From positions 2,418,001-2,481,675 of the forward strand of contig CM076000.1 of NCBI GenBank assembly GCA_038087875.1: a DNA stretch of 63,675 nucleotides, in the 5' to 3' direction. This document shows positions 63,001 through 63,675 of the stretch, piece by piece (position 1 is the first letter of the stretch; each line of letters starts with the position of its first letter). The position numbers were made by a program, and so were the translations under genes. Source of the stretch: Malacoraja senta (Eukaryota). The notes beneath the pieces were generated by a model, which was given only the letters and a program-made list of their open reading frames with translations, ran no database searches and was not told the origin of the DNA.

Positions 63001-63675
63001 TGGTGGTGGTGGTGGTGGTGGTGGTGGTGGTGGTGGTGGTGGTGGTGGTGTGGTGGTGGTGGTGGTGGTGGTGGTGGTTGGTGGTGGTGGTGGTGGTGGT
63101 GGTGGTGGTGGTGGTGGTGGTGGTGGTGGTGGTGGTGGTGGTGGTGGTGGTGGTGGTGGTGGTGGTGGTGGTGGTGGTGGTGGTGGTGGTGGTGGTGGTG
63201 GTGGTGGTGGTGGTGGTGGTGGTGGTGGTGGTGGTGGTGGTGGTGGTGGTGGTGGTGGTGGTGGTGGTGGTGGTGGTGGTGGTGGTGGTGGTGGTGGTGG
63301 TGGTGGTGGTGGTGGTGGTGGTGGTGGTGGTGGTGGTGGTGGTGGTGGTGGTGGTGGTGGTGGTGGTGGTGGTGGTGGTGGTGGTGGTGGTGGTGGTGGT
63401 GGTGGTGGTGGTGGTGGTGGTGGTGGTGGTGGTGGTGGTGGTGGTGGTGGTGGTGGTGGTGGTGGTGGTGGTGGTGGTGGTGGTGGTGGTGGTGGTGGTG
63501 GTGGTGGTGGTGGTGGTGGTGGTGGTGGTGGTGTGGTGGTGGTGGTGGTGGTGGTGGTGGTGGTGGTGGTGGGTGGTGGTGGTGGTGGTGGTGGTGGTGG
63601 TGGTGGTGGTGGTGGTGGTGAGTGGTGGTGGTGGTGGTGGTGTTGGTGGTGGTGGGTGGTGGTGGTGGTGGTGGT
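57020..63675. repeat. (GGT)n / (ACC)n trinucleotide array, ~6.65 kb, running to the window end
   Basis: Near-pure GGT with scattered 1-2 nt indels. Starts inside a CR1 3' fragment (~56690-57020). Confidence 0.98.

Noticed and set aside
56986..63621. 2211-aa ORF of poly-W/G/V
   Set aside because: It is the translation of the (GGT)n array, which lacks stop codons. The front is an out-of-frame CR1 fragment.
57020..63675. Telomere
   Set aside because: The unit is GGT, not the vertebrate TTAGGG.

Overview
Eukaryotic, repeat-dominated intronic or intergenic DNA, very probably from a cartilaginous fish (skate or ray). The inference rests on many HE1/V-SINE-type tRNA-derived SINEs and their partner CR1 (HER1-like) LINE fragments. 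No intact protein-coding gene is evident. The main elements are: a structurally complete but coding-decayed DIRS1-type tyrosine-recombinase retrotransposon (37118-41736); a full-length decayed IR/DR Tc1 transposon (19823-21435); long CR1 fragments; Rex1/Babar, L2, L1 and Penelope fragments; the 3' end and LTR of a Gypsy element; Harbinger MITEs; a Helitron-like element; and an unclassified TIR element with a 7-bp TSD. About 20 short Penelope-type repeats carry a minimal hammerhead-ribozyme motif, and several of them are discrete TSD-flanked insertions. A ~6.65-kb (GGT)n tract, grown out of a CR1 motif, runs off the right end. Several repeat-free islands look like conserved non-coding elements, and one contains a candidate 101-nt minus-strand exon. 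Coordinates were read by eye, and family names come from motif recognition, not database searches.
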